Made by a program: the position numbers and the translations under genes. From contig CAWDVE010000024.1 in the NCBI GenBank assembly GCA_963805625.1, positions 32,001-96,000 on the forward strand: a stretch of DNA of 64,000 nt, read 5' to 3'. Under the pieces are notes generated by a model. It saw nothing but the letters and a program-made list of their open reading frames with translations. It ran no database searches and was not told the origin of the DNA. Source of the DNA: an uncultured Candidatus Rokubacteria bacterium (lineage in GTDB: Bacteria; Methylomirabilota; Methylomirabilia; Rokubacteriales; DASRDR01). Below are positions 49,570 to 59,310 of this stretch, one piece after another (the stretch's first letter is position 1; each line of letters opens with the position of its first letter).

Positions 49570-49629
49570 GGCGTGCGATGATCGCAGCCGATCGCGCTCC
49601 ACGCCTGCGGCACTGGCGCAGGCCAGCAG

Positions 49630-49805
49630 GCGCCTGCAGTGACACGACCGGCCGATTTGCCTCGGAGGTTGGCTACCACGTGACCCTGGTGAAGGATGTG
49701 ACCGCGGCCTTCACTCGGGAGATGATGAGCGCCGCACACGAGCTGAACGATCCGATGTTTCGCGAACAGGATTGTGACGACGGTCGAGCTGGGCGTCGCG
49801 CTGTC
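49630..49805 (+). pseudogene. isochorismatase / cysteine hydrolase C-terminal remnant
   Basis: CSDTTGRFASEVGYHVTLVKDVTAAFTREMMSAAHELN; no N-terminal portion. Confidence 0.78.
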
Positions 49806-49836
49806 ATGCGCGCGAGGCGGGAAGGAGGGTGACGCG

Positions 49837-50535
49837 ATGATCCAGGTTCGATCCGCCGGGGACCGCGGCCGCACTGACTGGGGCTGGCTCGACAGCCGGC
49901 ACACGTTCTCGTTCGGGGAGTATCACGACCCCGCGCACATGGGATTCAGCACGTTGCGGGTGATCAACGATGATCGGGTGAAGGCCGGCGCCGGGTTCGG
50001 CGCCCACGGGCACCGCGACATGGAGATCATGTCCTATGTGCTCGAGGGCGCGCTCGAGCACAAGGACAGCTCGGGCGGCGGCGGCGTGATCCGGCCGGGG
50101 GAGATCCAGCTGATGCGGGCCGGCACGGGCGTCACCCACAGCGAACAGAACCATTCGAAGGTCGCCCCGGTGCACTTCCTGCAGATCTGGATCGTGCCGG
50201 ATGCGCTCGGCCTGAAGCCGGGCTACGGACAGCAGGTCTTCGATCGGGAGATGGCCAGCCGGGCGTTCGTGCTCCTCGCTTCGAAGGGAGGCAGGGACAA
50301 CAGCCTCGACGTCCATCAGGACGTGGACCTCTGGGTCGCCTTCATCGGCGCGGGTGAGCGTCGAGACCTCCGGCTGCGCACCTCCCGTCATGCGTGGATC
50401 CACGTCGCCCGCGGATCGGTCTCGGTGAACGGGATCGTGCTGAAGGTGGGTGACGGCGGGGCGGTCAGCGGCGAGGACGGCCTGACCTTCCTCGGGCAAG
50501 AGCCGGCCGAGGTGCTCGTGTTCGACCTGGCGTGA
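49837..50535 (+). CDS. pirin family protein (YhhW-like)
   Basis: HTFSF, LRVINDD, HGHRDMEI, HKDS and MRAGTGVTHSE. Confidence 0.95.
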   Translation: MIQVRSAGDRGRTDWGWLDSRHTFSFGEYHDPAHMGFSTLRVINDDRVKAGAGFGAHGHRDMEIMSYVLEGALEHKDSSGGGGVIRPGEIQLMRAGTGVTHSEQNHSKVAPVHFLQIWIVPDALGLKPGYGQQVFDREMASRAFVLLASKGGRDNSLDVHQDVDLWVAFIGAGERRDLRLRTSRHAWIHVARGSVSVNGIVLKVGDGGAVSGEDGLTFLGQEPAEVLVFDLA

Positions 50536-50613
50536 CACAATTCAAGGATACGGGATGGACCGGACCGAGACGTAGGCCGCCGGTGCAACCATTTCTCACA
50601 CAAGGAGCCCGAC

Positions 50614-51093
50614 ATGTTCAACACTCGAAACGATCTGCCCAAGACGACCCGGGCGAAGGTCATCGACCTCCTCGACGCCCGGCTCGCCGATGCGACGGAC
50701 CTGCAAACCCAGCTCAAGCAGGCCCACTGGAACGTGAAGGGCCCGACCTTTATCGCGCTCCACGAGCTCTTCGACAAGATCAACGAGGCGGTGGAGGACT
50801 ACGTGGACGATCTGGCCGAGCGCGTGGTGCAGCTCGGCGGGACTGCCCACGGAACGGCGCGGCAGGCCGCCAAGCGCTCGAGCTTGCCGGAGTTCCCGGC
50901 AGTGATCGACGGGCGCGCCCACGCCGAGGCGGTGGCGACGGTGCTGGCCGCATTCGGCAAGCTGGCGCGCGCGGGCATCGATCAGGCTGACAAGCTGGGC
51001 GACAAGGACACCGCCGATCTGTTCACGGAGATCTCGCGCGGCACCGACAAGTGGCTGTGGTTCGTCGAGGCGCACCTGCAGGCGAACCGGTAG
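50614..51093 (+). CDS. dps: DNA starvation/stationary phase protection protein Dps
   Basis: KQAHWNVKGPTFIALHELFD, DDLAER and DKWLWFVEAH. Confidence 0.96.
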   Translation: MFNTRNDLPKTTRAKVIDLLDARLADATDLQTQLKQAHWNVKGPTFIALHELFDKINEAVEDYVDDLAERVVQLGGTAHGTARQAAKRSSLPEFPAVIDGRAHAEAVATVLAAFGKLARAGIDQADKLGDKDTADLFTEISRGTDKWLWFVEAHLQANR

Positions 51094-51289
51094 CGCGCTG
51101 GTGCGCTTTGGAGCGTCGTGAGGCGTTGCCCGGGACAGGCGCCACGCCGCTGGATGGCTCGATGCGGTGCCGATCCTGGATCGACGTCGCGCTCGACGCA
51201 GGCGACCTGAAGAGCGGGCACGTGCGGCCATCGAAGGAACGTCCGCGCGAACGTCACGTCGTCCGTGAGTCCTCGAAAGGAGGCGGGTC

Positions 51290-51790
51290 ATGATCCTGGG
51301 CATGTCGCTCACGACGTTCACAGCGGTGCACGTGGTGATCAGTCTGATCGGAATTGCCTCGGGGCTGATCGTCGTCGTGGGCATGCTGAGTGCGAGCCGA
51401 GTCGAGGGCTGGACGGCGCTCTTTCTCACCACCACGGTGTTGACGAGCGTCACCGGGTTCTTCCTTCCGGCCGCTCAGGTGCTGCCGTCCCATGTCGTGG
51501 GCGTCATCTCGCTGGTGGTGCTGGCGGCCACGCTCGGGGCGCTCTACGTCAAGCGACTTGCGGGATCCTGGCGCTGGATCTACGTGGCCGGCGCCGTCCT
51601 CGCGCTCTACCTAAACTGCTTCGTCGGGGTCGTCCAGGCGTTCCTGAAGGTGCCGGCCCTGAACCGACTGGCACCGACCCAGTCCGAGCCGCCGTTCCTC
51701 GTCGCGCAACTGACGGTCGTGACGCTCTTCGTCGTGCTCGGCGTTCGCGCTGTCATGAAGTTCCGCCCGGCGGTGCCACGGACGGGCTAG
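51290..51790 (+). CDS. conserved membrane protein
   Basis: HVVISLIGI, TSVTGF and VQAFLKVPAL...APTQSEPPF; five TM helices; AGGAGG RBS. Confidence 0.85.
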   Translation: MILGMSLTTFTAVHVVISLIGIASGLIVVVGMLSASRVEGWTALFLTTTVLTSVTGFFLPAAQVLPSHVVGVISLVVLAATLGALYVKRLAGSWRWIYVAGAVLALYLNCFVGVVQAFLKVPALNRLAPTQSEPPFLVAQLTVVTLFVVLGVRAVMKFRPAVPRTG

Positions 51791-51818
51791 GGAAGAGTCG
51801 CCGGGGCGGCCGCTACGC

Positions 51819-52640
51819 TCACGTGGGCGGATAGAAGGCCGGGTTGTACCGCCGCGCGCAGAAGCCGGTGGCCCGAGACAGGTCGATGTCGTGCACCAAC
51901 AACCACTCCTTGCCATAGGGCACGTAGGCCACGCACTCCCCATCTGGACCGATGAGGCTGGTCGCGGAATCCTGGTACCGCATCGCGCAGTTGACGCTGG
52001 CGAAATAGATCGTGTTCTCGACGCTGCGCGCCACCATCGCCTTCTCATAGTAGGGCGAGCTCGGGTCACCCCAGCGATCGATGGTCACACCGGCGTGATC
52101 GCTGCCTGTGAGCTGCGGATGAAAGACCAGCCGGGCGCCGCGGGCGGCCGACCAGCGGACGGCCTCCGGATAGCGCCATCCCTCGTGGCAAATGGTGATC
52201 CCGAATGGGATGCCGTCGATCTCGAACAGCCGCCGCCGTCCGTCGGGCACGTAGAACGGCTCTTCTTCGAGCGGGATCTGGTTCTTCGCCTGATAGCCCA
52301 CGATCGTGCCGTCACGCGAGATCACGAACGCCACGTTGTGCAGGCCGGCGGGGGATTCCCACTCCATCCCGATGACGACTGTCATGCGGCTCCGCTGGGC
52401 CGCGGCGCGAATCTCCTCGAGCGCCGCTTGCTGGCGGCGTTGATCAGGGGATGGGACGGGAAAGTCCTGGCCTCGCAATCCCGGGATGTAGGTTTCGGGG
52501 AAGCAGACGATGGCCACCCCCTGCGTGGCAGCATCGTCCAGAAAGCGGCTGACCGTCTGGAGGCGCTCCTCGACGGACGGCGCATTCCGCGCGGCCGCCA
52601 AGCCGATGCGCAAGCTCGTGATCGCCGTCATCTGTCCCAT
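51819..52640 (-). CDS. carbon-nitrogen hydrolase (nitrilase superfamily)
   Basis: E-K-C triad motifs CFPE, YQAKNQ and ICHEG. Confidence 0.9.
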   Translation of the reverse strand: MGQMTAITSLRIGLAAARNAPSVEERLQTVSRFLDDAATQGVAIVCFPETYIPGLRGQDFPVPSPDQRRQQAALEEIRAAAQRSRMTVVIGMEWESPAGLHNVAFVISRDGTIVGYQAKNQIPLEEEPFYVPDGRRRLFEIDGIPFGITICHEGWRYPEAVRWSAARGARLVFHPQLTGSDHAGVTIDRWGDPSSPYYEKAMVARSVENTIYFASVNCAMRYQDSATSLIGPDGECVAYVPYGKEWLLVHDIDLSRATGFCARRYNPAFYPPT

Positions 52641-52824
52641 CCGCCCTCCTCGAACGCTTGCAGCGCCGATCCCACTCGGGATCCCTCATTGGCATTCTCG
52701 CATGATGTATCTCACCAACCGCCACCGCCAGCACCGGTTGCCTGCGAGGGGAGCCCAGTCACGCGAATGTGTGTCACTGCGACGCGAGCGCGGAGCCCAT
52801 CAACCGCTCGTCGCCGCACTGCTT

Positions 52825-53076
52825 GGCGGCCGTTTCGGTCGAGATCGCCTTCGTCTTCGACACCCTCGACAAGGGCATCGACCAGACGCTGGGGCCGCTG
52901 CAGGGACCGGCGCCTCCGCAACAGCTCGCCGACAAGATGCACGCCGCCCGGGTTGCGTTTGCCACCGACGGAGACGCCGTTGGCCGAAGTACGACCTCAG
53001 CCGCAGGGCGACCATGCACTTCGATACGACCTCGGAGGTCGTGGACGATCCTCGATTCGTGGAGCGGGAGCTATGA
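52825..53076 (+). pseudogene. type-B carboxylesterase C-terminal remnant
   Basis: EIAFVFDTL...LADKMHAARVAFATDGD, frameshift, then WPKYDLSRRATMHFD...VVDDP...EREL*. Confidence 0.75.
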
Positions 53077-53546
53077 GCGGGAGTGCGTTAGGGCATTCAA
53101 TGTCGACTGGCGAGGCCAGGACGTTCGCCCGCATGGCTGCCGGGAGCGACGAGTCCGGGAGCGGCCGGTCGATCGCGCATCTTTGCGACGCACTCCCGCG
53201 GCATTCAATGGAGGCGGCGTTGATTTCCTATCTGGCCTGGTCCTCTTGGTCTCGACTCGATCGTAGGTGCGCAGTGCGATGCGTCCATCCGCCGGATCGA
53301 GGTGCGGCTCGCCCGCCTCGGCCGTAGGATGCAGCAGGGCGTCGACCGCCGCACGTGCGGCTGGACCGCCGAGTCGGCCGCCTGGTCGAGGAGTATCCTG
53401 GAAGGTAGGGTTCCTGGGCCGCGCGTCCTGGTACGATGTAGGGGAATGGTATGACCTCGGGCAGCGGGCTCGAGGCCGCGACATGCCGCCGGCCGGCCGT
53501 GAATGAGCGATCCGGCGTATCCTCGCCGGAGTGATGAGGAGGTTCG

Positions 53547-55262
53547 ATGCGCACGTACTACGAGATCGACCTGACCGGTCGTACGGTCACGAAGCGGGAT
53601 CTGCAGGGCGAGGAAATCGTCAGAGCCGGCCGCTACCTCATCGCCCGGACGCTCCTCGAGCGGGGCGCGGCGACGGTCGACCCGCTCTCACCCGCGAACC
53701 CGCTCATCTTCTCGGCGGGCCCCTTCGCGGGGACGTCGTTCTCCAACGCGAACCGGACCAGCGTCGGCTGCAAGAGCCCGCTGACGGGCGGCATCAAGGA
53801 GGCGAACGGCGGCGGGACCTTCAGCTACGGACTGGGTCAGCTAGGCATCTCCGGCTTCACGCTCTCCGGGGCGGCGCCGGACTGGGTGGTCCTCCACTTC
53901 CGGAAGGACGGTGGCATCGACTTCGACGACGCTGCGCCGTACCTCGGCAAGGGGAACTTCCAGGCCGCTGAGATGCTCCACGCCCGCTACGGCAAGAAGG
54001 TCTCCCTCGGGCTGTGCGGCCCGGTGGGTGAGTACGGGGGTCTGATCGCCGGCATCTCCTTCAGCGACAAGGATCGCCGTCCGTCGCGCCTGGCGGCGCG
54101 TGGCGGCGTCGGGGCGGTGATGGGCGCCAAGCGGGTCAAGGCCATCGTGCTCGACCTCGACCGGATTCCGCCCTTCCACGACAGCCGCAAGGTCACCGCC
54201 GCGATCAAGGACTACGCCAAAATGCTGCAGGCCGACAGTATCGTGGAGAACTTCTACGCGAAGCTCGGGACCATGGGCATGGCCGATGTCCAGAATCACA
54301 TGGGCGGCCTGCCGGTCCGGAACTTCAGCGCCGGGCAGCTCGCGGACACCGGCGCCGGCGAGAGGTTCAAGCTGGGCGCCGACTACATCGGCCCCCTCAA
54401 CACGTCCCGCGGCGGCGAGCAGACCCACGCGTGCATGCCCGGCTGCGTCATCCAGTGCAGCAACGTGTACCACGACGCAAGCGGCAAGGAGGTCGTCTCA
54501 CCGGTCGAGTACGAGACTCTGGGGCTCCTCGGCTCGAACTGTGGGCTCACCGAGCCCGACGACCTCGCCCAGCTCAACTTCATCTGCAACGACCTGGGTG
54601 TCGACACGATCGAAACAGGCGCGACGCTGGCCGTCCTGATGGAGGCGGGCCTCGGCGCCTTCGGAGACGCGAAGTTCATGGCCGATGCCCTCGGCGAGAT
54701 CGCCCGCGGAACGGAGAAGGGGCGCATCTGGGCCCAGGGCACGGCGCGCGTGGGGGCCCATTACAACGTGCGGCGGACGCCCGTCATCAAGCGCCAGGCC
54801 ATCAGCGCCTACGACCCCCGTGTTGTGGAGGCCACCGGCATCACCATGATGGTCACCGCCCAGGGCGCCGACCATACGGCCGGCAACCTGCCACGCCTCA
54901 AGACGCGCGAGATGGACCTCGACACGCTCATGAGCCAGAGCCTCCTCCAGCAGACGCGCGTGGCCGCCAACGACTCGCTCGGGCTCTGTATCTTCGGCCA
55001 GAGCGTGACAAACCCCAACACCGAGTTCCTGGCGACCACCATCAACGCGGCCCACGGCACGAGCCTGACCAAGGAGTTCTTCGAGGCGCTGGGCCGGGAG
55101 ACGCTCCGGCTCGAGCACGAGTTCAACCGGCAGGCCGGCTTCACGGCGCGCGACGACGAGCTGCCGCAGTTCTTCTACGAGGAGGCGCTGCCGCCCACCA
55201 ATCACGTCGCACGATTCCACGGGGCGGACGTACACTCGATCTACGAGCGCCTGCCGACCTGA
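53547..55262 (+). CDS. aldehyde:ferredoxin oxidoreductase (tungsten-pterin AOR family)
   Basis: KSPLTGGIKEANGGG, AARGGVGAVMGAK, CxxxCxxxC, EYET and DLGVDTIE. Confidence 0.93.
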   Translation: MRTYYEIDLTGRTVTKRDLQGEEIVRAGRYLIARTLLERGAATVDPLSPANPLIFSAGPFAGTSFSNANRTSVGCKSPLTGGIKEANGGGTFSYGLGQLGISGFTLSGAAPDWVVLHFRKDGGIDFDDAAPYLGKGNFQAAEMLHARYGKKVSLGLCGPVGEYGGLIAGISFSDKDRRPSRLAARGGVGAVMGAKRVKAIVLDLDRIPPFHDSRKVTAAIKDYAKMLQADSIVENFYAKLGTMGMADVQNHMGGLPVRNFSAGQLADTGAGERFKLGADYIGPLNTSRGGEQTHACMPGCVIQCSNVYHDASGKEVVSPVEYETLGLLGSNCGLTEPDDLAQLNFICNDLGVDTIETGATLAVLMEAGLGAFGDAKFMADALGEIARGTEKGRIWAQGTARVGAHYNVRRTPVIKRQAISAYDPRVVEATGITMMVTAQGADHTAGNLPRLKTREMDLDTLMSQSLLQQTRVAANDSLGLCIFGQSVTNPNTEFLATTINAAHGTSLTKEFFEALGRETLRLEHEFNRQAGFTARDDELPQFFYEEALPPTNHVARFHGADVHSIYERLPT

Positions 55263-55539
55263 GCGCCCGCCCGCGGAGCCGAACGAGACTCTTCGCCGCC
55301 ACAGAGACCCGGACAAGGTCAGGGTCTCGCCCGCGTGTCGACGCTAGCGTGTCAGCGCCCTGAAATGAGAGGGCGGATGCTGGCACGGTGCGTGCGATGG
55401 GTCGGGCGGACGGCCGTGCTAGTTAATAGATGGCGCGATACGCACGGTTGCACCTCGGGAGCGGAGTGACCTATCATGCGGGCGCCACCGCCCGAGCCGC
55501 ACCCAGAGCGGTCGCGCGGGGCAACGCGGACCCGGCGAG

Positions 55540-56160
55540 GTGATGAGAGGTTTGGGACGACTCGGTGGGATCCTTGGGCTCCCGGTCCTTCTCGGAATCG
55601 CGGGTGCGAGCCGGTCGAGGCCGGCAGTCGGTGACTCGACGGCGACGTCGCCAGTGCCACCGGCGACTGCCGGGCCGGAGACGAGGCCCTTCACCGACCG
55701 CGAGCTGGCCGACGAGCTGCGGCGCCAAGGCATCGGGGTGGCGGCAACCGGCCAGACGGCAAGGCTCTTCCCCGAGATCAACGCAACCCCCCGCGGGGTG
55801 GTCATCACGCTTCCGCACACGGACTTCGCGTTCGACAGCGACAATCTCGTCCCGCAGGCCCGGCGCGTGGTTGCGCGGATCGCCTACGTCCTGAACCATC
55901 CTCGCGCGATGCGTCGCCTCGTGGTGCTCGAGGGTCACGCCGACTCGATCGGCACCGAGGCGTACAACCTCGCCCTCTCGCGCCGCCGGGCTGAGGCGGT
56001 TGCTCGGGAGCTGATCGGACAGGGGGTGCAGCGCGGGCCGGTCATGATCGAGGCGTACGGCAAATCGCGTTCCATCGGGCCGAACGAGACTCCAGACGGC
56101 ACGGACAATCGGCCGGGCGCGCGAGGAACCGGCGTGTCGAGGCGGTCATTCGAAACTGGC
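55540..56160 (+). pseudogene. OmpA-like peptidoglycan-binding protein, frameshifted near the C-terminus
   Basis: FAFDS, EGHADSIG...YNLALSRRRAEAV and YGKSR; terminal GRARNRRVE motif is in another frame after about 56110. Confidence 0.75.
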
Positions 56161-56174
56161 TGCATCCGATCGGT

Positions 56175-58760
56175 GTGTCCCCGGGGACATGGGCCAGCCG
56201 GAAGCCCCTAGCGATGGGCGTCCCTCCGGACTATTCGCCAAAGCATCCGTTCGCTGACACCGTCGACCCGGACGTCTTCTACCGAAGTCCGATGCACGAG
56301 ACCGTCTGCGCTGAGCTCTTCGCTGCTGGGAAGACACACCCTGGCTTGCTCGTCCTCTCCGGCGAGCCGGGAACCGGGAAGACGACTGTGTTGCGTCGCG
56401 TCGCGCGTCATCTGGAGCAAGCGGGCGGCCGCGTGTTCTGGTGCGGTGACATCCTGTCGCTCCACGAAATGTTCGGCCCGGTTGGCGGAGGGCCGGGTGC
56501 CCCCGACACCGCCACACCGGAGGCGCTCCTCGCCACGATGCAGGCTCGCGTCCAGTCGGCCGGCGCGACGGTCGTCGCCGTCGACGAGGCGCAGCGCCTG
56601 GAGCCGGGGGAACTCGGCATTCTCTGCGACCTCGCAGAGGCTGGGCGGGGGTCCGGGAGGCCCTTAGTCGTCCTGCTCGTAGGCCTACCCGGGCTTGACG
56701 TGAAGCTCGCGCCTCTCGTGGGGAATAGAGCCGGACGGGCCTCCGCGTTTCACGCCCGGTTGTCGCGTCTCGAGACCCCGGAGGTGCGCGCCTACATGGC
56801 GTACCGGCTCGAGCGAGCGGGGGTGCGCCTCGATCGCCTCTTCCAAGCCGAAGCGGTGGAGCGCGTCGCCGCCTACGCTGAGGGCATTCCGCGGGTGATC
56901 AACCACCTCTGCTACGGTGCTCTCCACGGCGCCCGCGAGGCCCGTCTCACGATGGTATCGGCGCCCGCCGTCGACGCCGCGGCCCACTGGCTCGACCTCC
57001 CGCCGCCTGCTGATACACGGGTGACGGGTGCGTGGCGTGCGACGGGTCCATGGAGGGAACTCTGGGCAGCACGCCGGGCGCTGTCCGGGCGCAGGATGAT
57101 TCAAGCGTGGTCGCCCGGGATTGACGTCGCGGCCCTCGGCCTCCCGGTGCCCAGTGCGTGGGGCGGGGCGCGCCGGCGGCTCAGGCTCTGGGCAGCACGC
57201 CGGGCGCTGTCCGGGCGCAGGATGATTCGAGCGTGGTCGCCCGGGATTGACGTCGCGGCCCTCGGCCTCCCGGTGCCGAGTGCGTGGGGCGGGGCGCGCC
57301 GGCGGCTCAGGCTCTGGGCAGCACGCCGGGCACAGTCCGGGCGCAGGATGATTCGAGCGTGGTCGCCCGGGATGGACGTCGCGGCCCTCGGCCTCCCGGT
57401 GCCGACTGCGTGGGGCGGGGCGCGCCGGCGGCTCAGGCGCTGGGCAGCACGCGGGGCACAGTCCGGGCGCAGGATGATTCGAGCGTGGTCGCCCGGGATG
57501 GACGTCGCGGCCCTCGGCCTCCCGGTGCCGACTGCGTGGGGCGGGGCGCGCCGGCGGCTCAGGCGCTGGGCGGCACGCGGGGCACAGTCCGGGCGCAGGA
57601 TGATTCGAGCGTGGTCGCCCGGGATTGATGTCGCGGGCCTCGGCCTCCCGGTGCCGACTGCGTGGGGCGGGGCGCGCCGGCGGCTCAGGCGCTGGGCGGC
57701 ACGCGGGGCACAGTCCGGGCGCAGGATGATTCGAGCGTGGTCGCCCGGGATTGATGTCGCGGGCCTCGGCCTCCCGGTGCCGACTGCGTGGCGCGGGGCG
57801 CGCCGGCGGCTCAGGCGCTGGGCAGCACGCGGGGCACAGTCCGGGCGCAGGATGATTCGAGCGTGGTCGCCGGGCATCGGCATCGCGGCCCTCGGCCTGG
57901 GAGCGATCGCGGTGTTCTTTGCGCCCCGGCTGACATCACAGCCGCCGTCGTCGCCACCGCAGCAGGCGGCACCCGTGCAAGACAGGCCGGTGAAGCCGCC
58001 CCCGCTCGTGTCCGCTCCCGGCGTGCCGATGCGCCCGCCAAAGACCGCGCAGATCATCGAGCGTCCACCGCCGCCAGCCACGCCCCGTCGGGTGGAGCCG
58101 CCCTTGGACACGGTGCCCGTCCCGCAACCGTCTGCCCGAGGGGGGACGTGCGGCGGGCCGCCCCCTCGGGTGGTCTCGGGGACGCCCGCGTCGGGGCCGG
58201 CCCGCCGAGCGCCTTCGGCGGCGGTGGCCCTCCTGCAAAGCGCGGAGGCGGGCAACCTGACAGAAGTGCGAGACATCATCGACGCGGGGGTGTCGCCCAA
58301 CGCGCGGGATACCGCAGGGATGACGCCTCTCATGATGGCCGTCATCCACGACCACGGTCCGGTCGTCGAGCTCTTGCTCACCAGGGGTGCCAACATTAAC
58401 ACGGGAGACGTCAGCGGCATTACGGCACTCATGCTGGCAGCGAACAACGGGCGAGCTGTGCTCCTCCAGCGGCTTCTTGCGCGCGGCGCCAAGGTTAACG
58501 CCCAGACGCGGACAGGCTGGACGGCGCTCATGTGCGCGGCTTGGGCGGGGCATCCGAGCATTGTCCGCCGACTGCTCGATTCCGGCGCGGATCCCGCACT
58601 TCCCGACCGGACGGGGCGGACCGCGCTTCAGTACGCAACCTTGCGAGCCGCGGATCCAGCGAACCCATCGGCGGGGAACGCCGCGGCACTGCCTGCGGTT
58701 GCCCACCGCCGCTACGTCGAGGTAATCGACGTTCTCAGCAAAGCGAGCAGGCGGCGTTAG
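56175..58760 (+). CDS. ExeA/GspA-like AAA ATPase - 42-aa tandem repeats - TM - Pro-rich linker - ankyrin repeats
   Basis: GEPGTGKT, VAVDEAQRL, LLVGLP and GIPRVINHLC; TM ALGLGAIAVFFA; ankyrin motifs GMTPLMMAV, GITALMLAA, GWTALMCAA and GRTALQYA. Confidence 0.85.
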   Translation: MSPGTWASRKPLAMGVPPDYSPKHPFADTVDPDVFYRSPMHETVCAELFAAGKTHPGLLVLSGEPGTGKTTVLRRVARHLEQAGGRVFWCGDILSLHEMFGPVGGGPGAPDTATPEALLATMQARVQSAGATVVAVDEAQRLEPGELGILCDLAEAGRGSGRPLVVLLVGLPGLDVKLAPLVGNRAGRASAFHARLSRLETPEVRAYMAYRLERAGVRLDRLFQAEAVERVAAYAEGIPRVINHLCYGALHGAREARLTMVSAPAVDAAAHWLDLPPPADTRVTGAWRATGPWRELWAARRALSGRRMIQAWSPGIDVAALGLPVPSAWGGARRRLRLWAARRALSGRRMIRAWSPGIDVAALGLPVPSAWGGARRRLRLWAARRAQSGRRMIRAWSPGMDVAALGLPVPTAWGGARRRLRRWAARGAQSGRRMIRAWSPGMDVAALGLPVPTAWGGARRRLRRWAARGAQSGRRMIRAWSPGIDVAGLGLPVPTAWGGARRRLRRWAARGAQSGRRMIRAWSPGIDVAGLGLPVPTAWRGARRRLRRWAARGAQSGRRMIRAWSPGIGIAALGLGAIAVFFAPRLTSQPPSSPPQQAAPVQDRPVKPPPLVSAPGVPMRPPKTAQIIERPPPPATPRRVEPPLDTVPVPQPSARGGTCGGPPPRVVSGTPASGPARRAPSAAVALLQSAEAGNLTEVRDIIDAGVSPNARDTAGMTPLMMAVIHDHGPVVELLLTRGANINTGDVSGITALMLAANNGRAVLLQRLLARGAKVNAQTRTGWTALMCAAWAGHPSIVRRLLDSGADPALPDRTGRTALQYATLRAADPANPSAGNAAALPAVAHRRYVEVIDVLSKASRRR
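57060..57897 (+). repeat. 126-bp coding tandem repeat, about 6.6 copies
   Basis: Units start at 57060, 57186, 57312, 57438, 57564, 57690 and 57816 (last one partial); near-identical. Confidence 0.97.
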
Positions 58761-58781
58761 CGGCGGACCGGCCGGAAGCCC

Positions 58782-58830
58782 GAGCAACTAGCTCGTTGGG
58801 CTCATAATTCAAAGGTCCCTGGTTCAAATC
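58782..58830 (+). pseudogene. degenerate initiator tRNA-Met(CAT) fragment
   Basis: tagctcgttgggctCATaattcaaaggtccctggttcaaatc resembles tRNA-fMet (TAGCTCGTCGGGCTCATAACCCGAAGGTC...GGTTCAAATC); anticodon stem is degenerate; no acceptor stem or CCA. Confidence 0.75.
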
Positions 58831-59022
58831 AGCACATGATGCGTGTCCGCGAACTGCGCCGGACTGCGCGTGAATAAGTCTGCGGAATCGCAACGGCCCG
58901 AACCAGCGCCTCCAGTCGTGGTCTCGATGGAGTGTGTCCACGTCGAGGAAGCTGACGCGAAGCCAGATGCGTAGCGGCGTGGCGCCCGCGCCTTTCGCCT
59001 CGATGGCCGGTCTCTGAACAGG

Positions 59023-59310
59023 TCAGCGGGCAAGGGGCACCGCGGGGCGTATGGACGCGACCGCCTTCAGCATCGCAGGTCGCGGACGCCGGGCGGCGGA
59101 CCACGCTGCCGTCAGTCCCCGGAGCGTGACGCCTTTGGCTTTGAGCTGGGCCAGAGTCGTGTCCGGCGCCACCACTCCTAGCCGCAACGGCGTGAGCGCC
59201 TCCAGGAGGCGAGCTTTCTCCACAGCGAGCGCGTGCTGCTGCTCTGAGATGTCGGTGAGCCGGCGCTCGATGGCCCCGAGGAGTGCCTTGGACCTGGCCT
59301 CGGTCGTCAT
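59023..59310 (-). CDS. hypothetical coiled-coil protein (95 aa)
   Basis: AAGGAG RBS; helical composition. Confidence 0.6.
   Translation of the reverse strand: MTTEARSKALLGAIERRLTDISEQQHALAVEKARLLEALTPLRLGVVAPDTTLAQLKAKGVTLRGLTAAWSAARRPRPAMLKAVASIRPAVPLAR

Noticed and set aside
57060-57897. Possible CRISPR array
   Set aside because: Units are contiguous 126-bp in-frame repeats with no unique spacers, and no cas genes are present.
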